Assembly (NCBI GenBank): GCA_951406725.2
Contig: OX597819.1
Coordinates: 14,074,001 to 14,138,000 of the forward strand
Origin: Octopus vulgaris
Lineage: Eukaryota
Direction of reading: 5' to 3'
Length of the DNA: 64,000 bases
Shown one piece after another: positions 39,801 to 53,200 of the stretch. The first letter of the stretch is position 1, and every line of letters begins with the position of its first letter. The notes under the pieces were generated by a model, which ran no database searches, had not been told where the DNA came from, and was given only the letters and a program-made list of their open reading frames with translations. The position numbers were made by a program, and so were the translations under genes.

Positions 39801-42800
39801 TGTTATTTCTAGCAAGTCGGGCGATTGTGGAACGGGTGTTAGTACATTTAAGTACCAGTGGTGAACTTAAGGTACACTAGAAGCTGTTAGATGCATCTGA
39901 AGTGAGAAAATTAATAAATCCTAAAATTTACAAATACATATTTAACCCTTTCGGCCCGGAATTTTTTCTCAAGTCAGTAATGGTGGGGGTTGTATGCATG
40001 CGAGCCTTTTGAGTTGTCATAGTGTCATACACTCCGATCATATGTCTGGCACTACGTACTTACCAGAAAAACTGGAGTGGTACTATACTGCATCACATAG
40101 GCTGTAAAATTTTTGACTGGTACAAATATGTACCCGCCATGCCGAAAGGGCTAAATGAAGATAAAAGCTATACAATTTTATTAAATTTCTGTTTTGATTT
40201 TTTTCCCCTTTTCTTTTGTCTCCCAGGGATTCATTTTAGATTTGAATGAAGATGTAACTATCCTCTAGAAACAAGAAAGGGGGTCTTCTCTCCCTTAACG
40301 TAAAGAGTTGTTAGTTTTTGATTTTAATAAACAATATTGAAAGATTATCTCTGTACATTTTGAGTATTATTGACGATGGTGGTGCTATCTTAAAATAAGG
40401 CCCTCCCCAGAGACACAACAGATCTAGGGTCCAATACTGATCTTTGTATGCTGTGTTTGTGTAAGGGTTCCTAGTGCTTTACTGTTTTAGGTCCTTTAAT
40501 GACCCTAGACGGTGATGTTTAACTTGGCAGTGTTTCTCAAACCAGCAGACATAAGTTCAGTTGTGGTTATATACTTCCTCACAGACCTAATGTATCTGGG
40601 ACTACATCATTCAGTGTATTTCTATTTAGATGATAGGGTGGTATTTCTTCTGGACTTAGGGTTAGAAAGATTCCTGTCATAAACATTTTTTTTTTTTTGC
40701 CACATTCTTCTTTATGCTCTTTTCTAAGCTGGTAAGAAGTGACTTAAAGGACATTTGACTGCTATTTCTTGTAATGACTCCATACAGGAATCCTAAATGG
40801 GGTCACTACAAGGATTAAGCTCTAATAAACCCTCTTGTATATTATCCTTAAAATATTATAAAGTTCTACTTGTCTCAATGGTTGTTCACTAAAAATCCTA
40901 TTTTCAATTAATTTCACTAATTATTCTATAATCAATTAACTTAATCTCTGGCTTTCACCGAAAAAAAAACCCACCAATGATCATATTTTTGCAGCACTTC
41001 CAGGAATGGTAGCAAAGAAACCATAACACACGGTTTTCCCATAAACTGGACATTTGGTTCAAATGCTTACAGCAGTAGACAATGCCAAAGACACCAAAGA
41101 GTTAAACTGTCTTTTAATATACACAATGTGTTATAACTATTTCCAAAGCAGAAACAGTGTCACTGACTTGTTTGATATCTTAATTTCAGTTTCTGAATTG
41201 TTAAGATATTAAATGTGTAAAAACATATTTGATATGCTGTGATTGAGAAGATACGGCAAGTAAAGTGGGATCGTTGGCTGTAGCCTATCCCAGTGTCGCA
41301 TAACCAGCCCCTTAAAAAAGTACCTTTGAATTGTCGGGCGATGTACCATGCTTGAGTCAAGTAAAATCAATCAAAAATCAAATCACAATCAAATGGAAAT
41401 TGTAGTTGTGGCTGATGCCAGTGCCGCCTGACTGGCTCTTGTGTTGGTGGCACGCAATAAACACCATTCATGCGTGGGTCGTTGCCAGTGCTGCCTGACT
41501 GTCTCCCCATGACTGTGACACGTAAAAAGCACCCATTACACCCTCCAAGTGGTTGGTGTTAAGAAGGGCATCCAGCTGTAGAAACATTGCCAGATCAGAT
41601 TGGAGCCTGGTGAGGCCTCCTGACTTGCTAGTCCCCAGTGGCAGTCTGGTAAGTAGCTTGCTTACCAACCACATGGTTCTGGGTTCACTCCGACTGTGTG
41701 GTACCTTGGACAAGTGTCTTCTATCGCCTTGGGCTGACCAAAGCCTTGTGAGTGGATTTGATAGACAGAAACTGAAAGAAGCCAGTCATATATATTTATA
41801 TATGTTTGTGTGTCTGTCCCCACTCCATTGCTTGACAACCGATGTTGGTGTGTTTGCATTCCCGTAACTTAGCGGTTCGGCAAAAGAGCAATGAAGTACT
41901 AGGCTTATAAAGAAAATATCCTGGGGTCGATTTGTTCGACTAAAGGTGGTGCTCCAGCATGGCTGCCGTTAAATGACTGAAGCAAATAAGAGAATGTGTG
42001 TCTGTCCCCCACTACCACTTGACAACCGATGTTGGTGTGTTAACATTCCTGTAACTTAGCGGTTTGGCAAAAGAGACCTATGAAATAAGTACAAGGCTTT
42101 AAAAAGAAAAAAAGCATTAGGTTTGATTCATTCGACTAAAAATTTTTCAAAGCATTGCTCCAGCATGGCCACAGTCTAATGACTGACAAGTAAAAGATAG
42201 AAGATAATTAAGTTGATGTTTTGAACAGAAATTAACATGAAATTTTCATGAAAGGTTTTTAGATCACAGAACCGAAGGCAATCAGTTGGAATCAAAAAGG
42301 TTAAAACTTGGACATTTGAATTTTTGAAAAAATGAACATGTTCACTTTTTTTTTTGTCTGCAGATTCTCTCCCTCTTTCTCTCCCTCCCCACCACCTTTG
42401 TTCTGTCTTACACATGTTCTTTGTATGTTTTTTTTTTCCTTAAATATTTTTTTTATTTCTTTTCTAGGAAGACCCCTCCAGCAGCTGATTAGTAGTGTAC
42501 CTATTTCAGAATCCCTTGATGTTAGTTCCAATTGGCGACCGTTCAGCTACGTTGAACAACCTTTTGAACTCAACTTCGCTTACCGTTTTATTTGCAATAA
42601 GTACTATTATGGGTTGCAGTGTAACAAGGTATGCCGGGCGCGGGACGATAAATTTGGACATTACAATTGTACCAAAGAGGGCCAGGCGAGATGTTTACCA
42701 GGATGGAAAGGAGTTTACTGTGACCAACGTAAGGACCACTTTGTTGTTATACCTTGAAAAATCAACCACTAAAAAACTCTTTCCTCAAAATTCTTTTGAT

Positions 42801-45800
42801 CAATCCTCCATTCAGGTTACCGAAAAAAATACTTCACTGACCACTGTCCTATAACCACAGAGGACAGTGGACCAAGTGAGGTACAATATCAGTATTTCTA
42901 TGGACCTTAAGATTTTTAGATTTCTATTGTTACCCTAAGTCAGTGGTTCCCAAAGTTGGTAGTACCATCTCCCTTGGGGCGGTGGAAAAATCCATGGGGA
43001 GGAGGTTGAAGAAAAATGGGGTGACCAAAATGGGGCAATTGATGTAAAAAAAACAAAGGGTTAATTAGGTCGAGTTTTATTAGTGAAATACTGTTTTGAA
43101 TTAGCTGCAGAAAATGGTCTGTGATGGTGGCGGGGGAGCACTAGGAATGTGACCTTAGAACCAAGGGGGGCAGCAGCCTGAAAAAGTTTGGGAAACACTG
43201 CCCTAAATGACCACTGATACAACAGGTCTAAAATTAAAGGCATTCTTTAGTCTCCATCAACTCCAGTGGAATGAGAGCAAAGCTGACCTTGTCATGGGAT
43301 GTGCAATCAATGTAGAGGCCTGGAACTAAATACCAGAAGGTATTGTTCAGTGTTCTGATTTTTCTGATCTGCATTGAAACTGGATTCTCTAATTGTGACC
43401 AGTTCCTTATTTTGGTGGGTAATCTAACAGTACATTATCTAAACACCTTCCTCCATTTTTAAGACATTTGTGTAACTTGAGAGAGATTTGGCTGCTATTT
43501 CTAACATAGCAAATTTATCAGTAATCTTGGCCCTACAGTTAAAACATGATTTTTCAAAAATCAAGAATTTCCTGTCCGAGATGCATCAAAAAATTGAATT
43601 TTCTAGTGTTTTAAATGGTTAAGCTGGACTCTTTCACGATGAGATTAGAATGAAAGAAAAGCTGAAAAAGAAATTTTTAAAAAAAAACAAAAACATATAG
43701 GTGCAGGAGTGGCTGTGTGGTAAGTAGCTTGCTAACCAACCACATGGTTCCGGGTTCAGTCCCACTGCGTGGCATCTTGAGCAAGTGTCTTCTGCTATAG
43801 CTCCGGGCCGACCAATGCCTTGTGAGTGGATTTGGTAGACGGAAACTGAAAGAAGCCTGTCCTATATATGTATATATATGTATGTGTGTGTCTGTGTTTG
43901 TCCCCCTAGCATTGCTTGACAACCGATGCTGGTGTGTTTACGTCCCCGTCACTTAGCGGTTCGGCAAAAGAGACCGATAGAATAAGTACTGGGCTTACAA
44001 AGAATAAGTCCCGGGGTCGATTTGTTCGACTAAAGGCGGTGCTCCAGCATGGCCGCAGTCAAATGACTGAAACAAGTAAAAGAGAGAGTAAAAAGAGTAT
44101 AGGATTTGTGTGTCTTGTATTGAATATTATGCAATGTCTGTCTTGTGTCAGTTGGGAAATCATGATTAATGGAGTTATTTGCAACAGTTTCTTATTCTAA
44201 ATTCTTTCAGTATTTTATTTCCTCTGCAATGATACCATCATTAATCTTGGTTTAACATGACAACACCTACTTAACTAATTGTGCTGCCTTCCATTACTAT
44301 CTTAATTGGGTTTTTTTGCAATTACTGCTGGTACCCGAGCAGGACCAGTTTGTTTTTGCTCCAAGGTCTTCAATTTAGTCTTATGTGCTACACCTTGGGC
44401 AAGTGACCTCCACCATATCCTCACATTAATCCATGATACATGAGTGAAATTTGGTCAGTGGAAACTCTGTAGAGAGCCCTTCTGATAGAGTAGACAAGGG
44501 CAGCCCTTGTCACACAAATTGTGCTGATTCCGCCTGAGATTGTCATTTACACTGCGGTAAACAGGTGGTTCCACTCGTTGAGTGTGTGTTTATACATTGG
44601 TATATTGAGGATTTTGGTCACTAGTTCCACCATTGCAATCCTTCACATACATTCCTACCCATTTGAGGATATTTTGTTAATGCTTCTGATTAGATTACTT
44701 AGACAATATGAATCAAGGTGTAAATAATTCTTTGTAACATCAGCTGGTTCTCCCTGCCCTCCTGGGAGTGGGGCTGGAGATTTCAGGAGACTCAACAAAA
44801 GAAGGAAAGTATATGTAAAATATATTTATATTGTAAGCAGACTTTTTATTCTATTCTTGTAGATTTAACCTTGTGTGTCTTAATTTCATTTGTGAAATTG
44901 GGTTTGGTTCTATTTTGAGACAAAATAATTTAGGAATTGTCTGAATCCACTGAGAGACCTATAAATCACAATCAACAACAGTCTGTTTTGATAAAATCAG
45001 AACTTAACTGTTTCATATTAAATGCCATTAGCTTTGTAGGGGTGAGATAAACCTTTTCAAGAAGTGAGGGACATAAAGGTTGAGATCCCTTGGGCTCCAG
45101 TATCTATATGTCAGGGTTATAAAATTTGGTGTTGGTTAAACCAGACTTGTTTTCTTTTGGGGTTTTTCTTTTAATATCATTTTCTAGAAATAAGTTTAAT
45201 GTTAAAATTTTCTTTAAATTTTTTTAGCAATATGTCTGGCTGGTTGCCATCTACAGCAAGGTTTCTGTGACCAACCTAATAAATGCAAGTAAGTTATAAA
45301 TATTTATCTCCAACAAATGCTTTTTTTTTTCTCCTTTGTGTAGGATGATGTTCAACAAAATTAATTTGCTCTTGTTTAACTCAAGTCATCCTAAATCAAG
45401 TAGAATGATGATGTCTTTAGGCATATTTGTCTTTTTTGGAGATAGTGTGACTGCTATTTCTTGTAGGTTCTCTTATTGACCTGTGTCAGATCATGGCATA
45501 TAGCTCTTGTCATTTTGGTGACTTCCATATATGTATATATATATATATACATACACACATACACACACACATTGCAAGAGAAACATTAATCTTTGATCCC
45601 AGAACTTAATGTCAGTTCTTTCTATCTAGACATTATTTTATGGCCTTTCCTAGCCTCAGCCCTTTAAGTTACATCTTAATACATGCATGAAGGGATACAA
45701 TGAACCATACACAAGGAATAGTTTTTGTGTGTGTGTATAAAGCAATCTATTCATGTATGAAGTGGTTTGTAAGGAAAGCAACATTATTAAATGATTAGAT

Positions 45801-47246
45801 TTTTATCTCTTTATTTTTTTTTTCCACAAGTAAATTTATATTTTCAAAAGTTTGAAAAATTAGTTTTGTTTTGAATCATTGTTTTGCTGTGATTTGAAGG
45901 TGCTGAATATTTTCTCCCCAATATTTTCCATTCTTAAGTTCCGCTGACCAAGATGAAATGGCATTAATTAATCATGATATACCGAATGCTTTGTTTTTAG
46001 TTATCTTTAGATTTTGATTTCAAGTTCAGCCCACAGCAACTGGAACCAATAAAATGAAGAACTGACTGCACTTTCCAATGGTTTCCAACAATTACATTTT
46101 AATTAGTTTACTGGATTTTAATTTCTGAAAGACCGGAGCCTGGTGCAGCCTTCTGGCTTCCCAGATCCCCGGTCGAACTGTCCAACCCATGCTAGCATGG
46201 AGAACGGACGTTAAACGATGATGATGATGATGATCTAATTAACTGCGAGGTAGTTGTGGCTGTTGCCAGTGCCACCAGACTGGCTCCCGTGCCAGTGACA
46301 CGTAAAAAGCACGCACTTCACTGAGTGGTTAGTGTTAGGAAGGGCATCCAGCTGTAGAAACACTGCCAGATCAGATGGGAGCCTGGTGCCAGTTCCCAGT
46401 CGAACCGTCCAACCCATGCCAGCATGGAAAACAGACGTTAAACAATGATGATGCTGCAATACTGTTCAAATTCTGAATTTTTTTAATATTTTCTTTTAAT
46501 TAAATCATTAGGTTGTCATAATTTGTAACAATTGACAAAATGATTTTGCAGTATTTAGATAAATTAGTTGCGAGTTCAAATACCCTCCAGGGTAGATGTT
46601 GCCTTTCATTTTGCCAGGGGTTGATCTTATCAGTTGTTACGATCCTCTATCATTGATGCTTTTTATTATGGAAGAAATAAAAACTTTTGCTGGACCTATA
46701 ATTTAAGGCCATTATTTTCTTCACTTTATCTTTTTTAGGCATAGATCACCCATATACTCTTTGTTCAATGTGACCATCTTTAGTGATTTGAGAAAGATTT
46801 GGCTACTGTTTCTAGCAAGTCAATTGAGGCTCTCTTGATTTGTGATTGACTATGCATTTATTAGGATTTTAATTGCTATGTTTTTAGGTTATTATTTTAA
46901 AAGTGTATATTATACAGATGTGGAGATTTTACAAAAAAAAGAAATTACAAATCATAAGTCTCACTTGAGAATAAATATACCATCAGATTATTTCTGTTAG
47001 AACAAAACTTTCTAGTACTTAATCACTATTTCAAAACACAGAACTTTGGTTTAACAGATTAAAATTATCCACAGTAACTCAATGCAAATTTAGCATTCAC
47101 AGCTTTTGGTGCTTTTTCTCATGGCTGGATGCATTTTTATGGAAGACTGGAAACGAGAAACACCACTTGTGTGACAGAGACACTCACCTATTTGTAACTA
47201 TCACGTGATGCCCAGAAAAGGAGTCATCAACATGAGCAAGCTCCTT

Positions 47247-47290
<44 letters not shown>

Positions 47291-50200
47291 TGTATATTTA
47301 TATATGTGTGAGTAAGCACCATCTGAACGGGGTCGATGCTAGGTCCACCTGAGTGGCTCTTGTGCCGGTGGCATGTTAAAGGCACCATCCAAACGTAATC
47401 GATTCCAGACCTGCCTGACTGGCTCCTGTGCCATTGGCAGATTTAACATGTTTGTATGTAGTTGACTGACCATAGAAAGAAGTTTGATTCTTGTAGTAGC
47501 CATTGAATTTGTAAAATGCATTCTGTTTTACATTATTTACATTTGACGGATATTTGTCCTCATATTGTTTGTTGCTAACACAATGTTTCAGCTGATATAC
47601 CCTCCAGCCTTCATCAGGTGTCTTGGAGAAATTTGGAACCTGGGTTCTCATTCCTAAGGTAGTTTCCGACATCTAGAAAACTCTGAAGAACATTGAAAAA
47701 TACCTTAGGAATGAGAACCCAGGTTTGAAATTTCCCCAAGACACCTGATGCCGGCTGGAGCGTATATCAGCAGAAACGTTGTGTAAACAAAAAACAAGAT
47801 GAGGACAAATATCTGTCAAATGTAAATAATTTCTCATCTCTTGAATATAGAATTGTGTTTCATGTTTGTATACATGAGGGTTTTCCTTTTTTCTAATTTT
47901 GATCAACTGTGTTTCAATTGCAGGTGTCGAGCAGGTTGGACTGGGAAGTACTGTAATGAGTGTGCTGTGCACCCGAATTGCCACAAAGGCACTTGTCAAG
48001 CACCTTGGGACTGTAATTGCGAAGAAGGTTGGGGTGGGCTATTTTGCAATGAAGGTAAGTTTTAGTTTGTCTTTTTGATTTAAGAGAAACTAAAGATTTT
48101 CTTTGTTTAGCTTCAAACCAAAGCAAATGAAGTAGGCTTTAAGGAATAGCACTTGTGATGGTCCTGTCTTTCATTCGATCTGGGTACTTAAGATTAAGTT
48201 TCACTCTTATCCTTTTTATGGGTATGATTTAAAATTTGGCTGCTATATCTAGCTGGTTGAACAACAATATTCTCTTATGCTTTTGTTTGTCATTTGACTG
48301 TGGCCATGCTGGATCACTGCCTTTTGTCGAACAAATTGACCCCAGGGCTTTTTCTTTGTAAGCCCAGTGCTTATTCTATTGCTTTTTTGCGGAACTGCTA
48401 AGTTATGGAGACGTAAACACGCCAACATCGGTTGTCAAGCAATGATGGGAGGACAGACACAAACATACTCTCTCACACACACACACACACACGACAAGCT
48501 TCTTTCAGTTTCCGTCTACAAGGTTTTGGTTGGCCCAAGGCTATAGAAGAAGACACTTGCTGAAGGTGCCACACAATGGGACTGAACCCGGAACCATGTG
48601 GTTGGTAAGCAAGCTACTTACCACACAGCCACTCCCATGTAGACTTGTTCAGTTCTAGGCTCTGTGAAGACATTAACAGGGGTTTATAGTTTCACAGAAT
48701 TTGAATTTATTTCCATATTTTCCAGAACAAGAAATTTAGCCAACTTAATGTCCGATTCTCCATTCTGATATCGGAAAATTTTATTTCTGATGGATATTTT
48801 GGTGTCTGTGTTAGTCATTTATTTTGAGGGTTGAAATTAAAACAAAATATAAAATAATTTTAAAAGGTAACCCAGGTTTGGGTGAAAGCGCTTCAATTTA
48901 TTGTAGTTTGGTTAAATAAAAAAATTACTAGATTGAACAATACCTTTCTATAAGAGATGAGGAATTATGGACATTTACATTATTTACATTTGATGGATGT
49001 TTGTCCTCATCTTGTTTGTTGTTAACACAATATTTCGGCTGATATACCTTCCAGCATTCATCAGGTGTCTTGGGGAAATTTCGAACCTGAGTTCCCATTC
49101 CTGAGGTATTTTTCGATGTTATTATTATTAAGGTCACTGCCTGGAATTGAACTCGGAATCTTGGAGTTAGTAGCCCGTGCTCTTAACCACTATGCCATAT
49201 GGCCGTGCTCGATTCCAGGCAGTGACCTGAATAATAATAATAATAATAATAATGACATCAAAAAAATAGTTTAGGAATGAGAACCCAGGTTTGAAATTTC
49301 CCCCAAGACACCTGATGAAAGCTGGAGGGTATATCAGCCGAAATGTTAACAAACAAGATGAGGATAAATATCCGTCAAATGTAAATAATGTAGATTGAAC
49401 AAGTTCTAGATTTTTAAATTGTATTTATTTTGGTTTTTGCTTTCTCTGTTTAGATCTCAACTATTGCACCCATCACAGTCCTTGCAAGAACCAAGGGACC
49501 TGCACTAACACAGGGCAAGGGAGCTATACGTGTAATTGTCCGGAGGGCTTCAATGGCACCAACTGTGAAATTAAAGTTGACGATTGTCGATACCAATCCT
49601 GTTTAAATTCTGGAACATGTGAGGTTAGTAAGTTTCTTTACTCAAATCAGTATCTGTAAAAAAAGGATGAAATAATTTTTTTTTAATCCTTTAGCATTCA
49701 GATTGTTCTGTAAAATGTTAGGCTTATGTATTCACACCATGTAAAATTAATCTTGCATCATTTCATGGCTTTGAGATTTCAATGATGTGATTGTTTATTT
49801 TTAAAATGACACAATAAGGTAGCTATAAATGACCATATCTGACTAGTTTGAACATAAAATAGGTAGAATATTTTGGCCGGATATGGCCGGTTTAAACACT
49901 AAAGGGTTAAACTATAGAGATGGAAAGTGATTGTAAGATATTTATTTACCTTGTTTTGATCAGTTTGTTCTCAAATCCTCATCTTTTTCCTACAATTGTA
50001 CTTAATACCAGGCTGAGTTTGAACTCGGAACCTTTATATGTAAAGCAAGTATACTAACAGTCTTATCCACTAGGCCACCATTTTACATGTATGTGGATAA
50101 GCATGCTATTACACTGTTTAGGTAAAGTTTTCTATTACTAATGTAGCTTGGGACTATTTATATGATACCTGGTGGTGACTAAAGAATAAACATGACAAAA

Positions 50201-53200
50201 ATTTAATGTAGAGTATATTGTGCTTTTTTATGAAATAGCAGTGAAGTTAGAAAAATCATGATTTGCATAACAATGACATTTTTGCTTTTCCAGCAAACTG
50301 GTGCAGAGTTCCGATGCCAATGTCAAGATGGTTATGGCGGGAAGCACTGTGAGATAAAAGCCAATAATTGTTCTGGTCATCCCTGTCAGAATGGTGGCAG
50401 GTGTGAGAATTTTGATGATGGGTATCTATGTGAATGCCAACCTGGGTATACTGGACACAACTGTGAAATTGAAATAATTGAGTGTGCTTCAAATCCATGT
50501 CAAAATAAAGGTAAAAAAGTTTTTCTGGTCTGATTCTTTGATTTCTTTCCTGGCTGCAAGCAAATCTTCATCCTTTGTACTAAAGGTGTGATTTGTTTGT
50601 ATTTCACAGCTGAAGCATGTCCAAGTTGCTTTACTGATTGTGAGCTTATTGTCTCTATACTTACCTGCAAGGTCATTTGTTTGTAGTCCTCTGTGAAAGC
50701 ATGTCTGTCCATTGTTTAAATAGACTGGAGGAATTATCCTGTTCGGAAACAGGCAAAGGAATACAACAGGCCATAGAAAATTCCTCAATGGTCTCATCTT
50801 CCCCAGTGTCAATGATGTGGATTTGGTGTGGTGCTATAAGAAGAAAATTGAATTATTTACATAAGTTTACTAGAAATGTCCACAAATAGAAAACCATCGT
50901 TCTAAGATCAAGTAATTAGTAATTCATGTTACAAATTTGTGTGTAGAGCTGTGATTGCGTTAGTGTATGAAGTTGGGTGTATGATTCAACTATTTTTAAA
51001 AACCGTTTTCTTTTGACTATTTAAATTGGTTTATGAATATTGTTTGTCTTTCATTTTCAGGTCGTTGTGTTGATCATGTGAATGGGTTTCATTGTGTCTG
51101 TGAACCAGGCTACAGTGGTAAAATTTGTGAAGTGGACGAAGACAACTGTTTAAAGCAACCCTGCCTGAATGGAGGCACCTGTGAGGACAAGGTCAATGAT
51201 TTTGAATGCCACTGTAAACCAGGATATGTTGGCTTCATTTGTGCACTTCAACTCAATCATTGCCTTATTCAGCCTTGCAAAAACGGAGGTACATGCACTA
51301 ATTTGAATAACGATTTTCGCTGTGATTGTCCGTCGGGATTTACAGGGAAGGATTGTACCATGAATATTAAGTGTGCCAGCAATCCATGTAAGAATGGTAG
51401 CACCTGCAATGATCTGGGATCAAGTTACTCATGTATTTGTCAAACAGGTTTTTCTGGCCTTCACTGTGATCGCCAGGAAAGCACAAGCATGTCTGTATTA
51501 GAACTTGGTTTGAGCATTTGTCTTGGAGCTGGTTTACCTCTTATTGTGATTATCATTGTTGTTATTATAATGCTATTACGGCACCAGCGCCACCATTTTC
51601 GAGAAAACATGCAGAAGGAAACTGAACAAAATCGCATCAATAGTAAATGCATGGAAACAGATATTTTCATGACAAATCCTTCAGCGAGTTCATCTGATAA
51701 ATTTACCAAAGAACTGGAATGTTCTAATAGATTTAATTCGGAACTGTTTTACCATGAAAAATCTACTAACATTCTAAGACAGAATGTTACAGGTGAACCA
51801 TATCACAAACCTTATAATAAAAAGATGTTGACACCAATACCAAATAGTGTAGGGTGAGTACTTGATTTTTGGTTCCTTATGCACGCACGCACACACACAC
51901 ACACACACATTATTTGGATATTCTGTTTGAGGAATTTCATTTCTTGGTCTCTTGTAACTGTTTGCCATTCTTGTGTGTCACCTGCATCCAAAGCCACTTG
52001 ACAAACATCTGTAATCCTTGTCCCCTTTCCCACTCTCAGCTTTTGCATTCTATCCAATCCTTCCTCCCCGCTACATTCACTATCTTAAATTTGCTCCACC
52101 CGTATTGCATTTTTTCCTGCCTATGTTGATTTAGGGTTGATATTTTAGTTGGTATATATTTGTCCACATCACTCAGTAAGGAGCGTAAGACCGGTTTCCT
52201 TGATTCTCTGGCATATATATCTCCCCCACTCTGGACAGAATGCCTGTCTATCACAGGATTACTCCTTTTTGCCAGCTGAGTGGACTGGGGCAATGTGAAA
52301 TGAAGTGTTTTGCTCAAGAACAATGCACCTGCCTTTGATGGCCAAAACAGGTTATCAGGACAACGCCACCATCTTCCTTTCTCATCCCCTTTCTCTTAAC
52401 CTATCACCCTTGTTTTATAGGTATCACTGACTGTAGACCTCCAGACCCAAATCTGGAGGTTTCTTATGGAAGCTACACCAGTGTTGCTCCTGTTGCATTT
52501 TACTCTGCTGGTCTGCTGCTTTTTCAAGCTTCCCTTAGACGTATAGAACCCCTAAGGCCCTTAGACCACAGGACTGGATCATGGATGGCATGAGGGCCTG
52601 TTCACACATTGGTAGGTCTGTGTGACACATCTAGGAGCCAACCTTCCCAGTTTCTGTAGGTCTTTGCCACAATAGACCTAGGTGTAATGGTGATCAAGGG
52701 ACAGCTCTATAGTCCCCCAAATTCACAAACTTTCAAGTTGGATCTTAGCCATCAGATGCAGTTGAATGTGTTCCCCAGGGAAAATTAAACTATGTAAGGA
52801 TGATGTGGGCCTTGATGGATACTTAGTATTTGTCAGAGGAGTTGAGTTTTTTTATAAACCTTATTCTGACTTCCCTGTTATTAACCCCAAATCATTCAAG
52901 TAACCCTGTAATCAAAAACCTTTCAGCTTTGATCATAATCATCTTGTAGGGTAACACGACAGTATCTATTTTCTTTCCCCTTTTTTTTTCTTACAAAAAA
53001 AAATATAGAATATAGTTTGGCTGCTATTTCCAGTGGCCCAAGTGACTAAAGATTCCTTTTCTTCAATGAGAGACCTTATAATCTGATTTATGGTCTCAAA
53101 GGACTTGGTCTAAGGATTTTATTTTAATCTGGCCTTTCTCACTTCCAACCTCGATAATAAACTCTGCACCTCACTACACACATTCCACTGCAATTATCTG

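Noticed and set aside
49130-49205. Genuine tRNA gene
   Set aside because: The stems are imperfect, the ACT anticodon is atypical, and the sequence is embedded in a dispersed repeat. It is a SINE head, as are the other A/B-box hits in the window.
51854-51857. ORF-track stop (VG*) as the true Delta C-terminus
   Set aside because: The TGA is part of the phase-2 donor GTGAGT, and a phase-matched downstream exon ending in ATEV exists. Any such donor gives an in-frame stop, so it is not evidence of an isoform.
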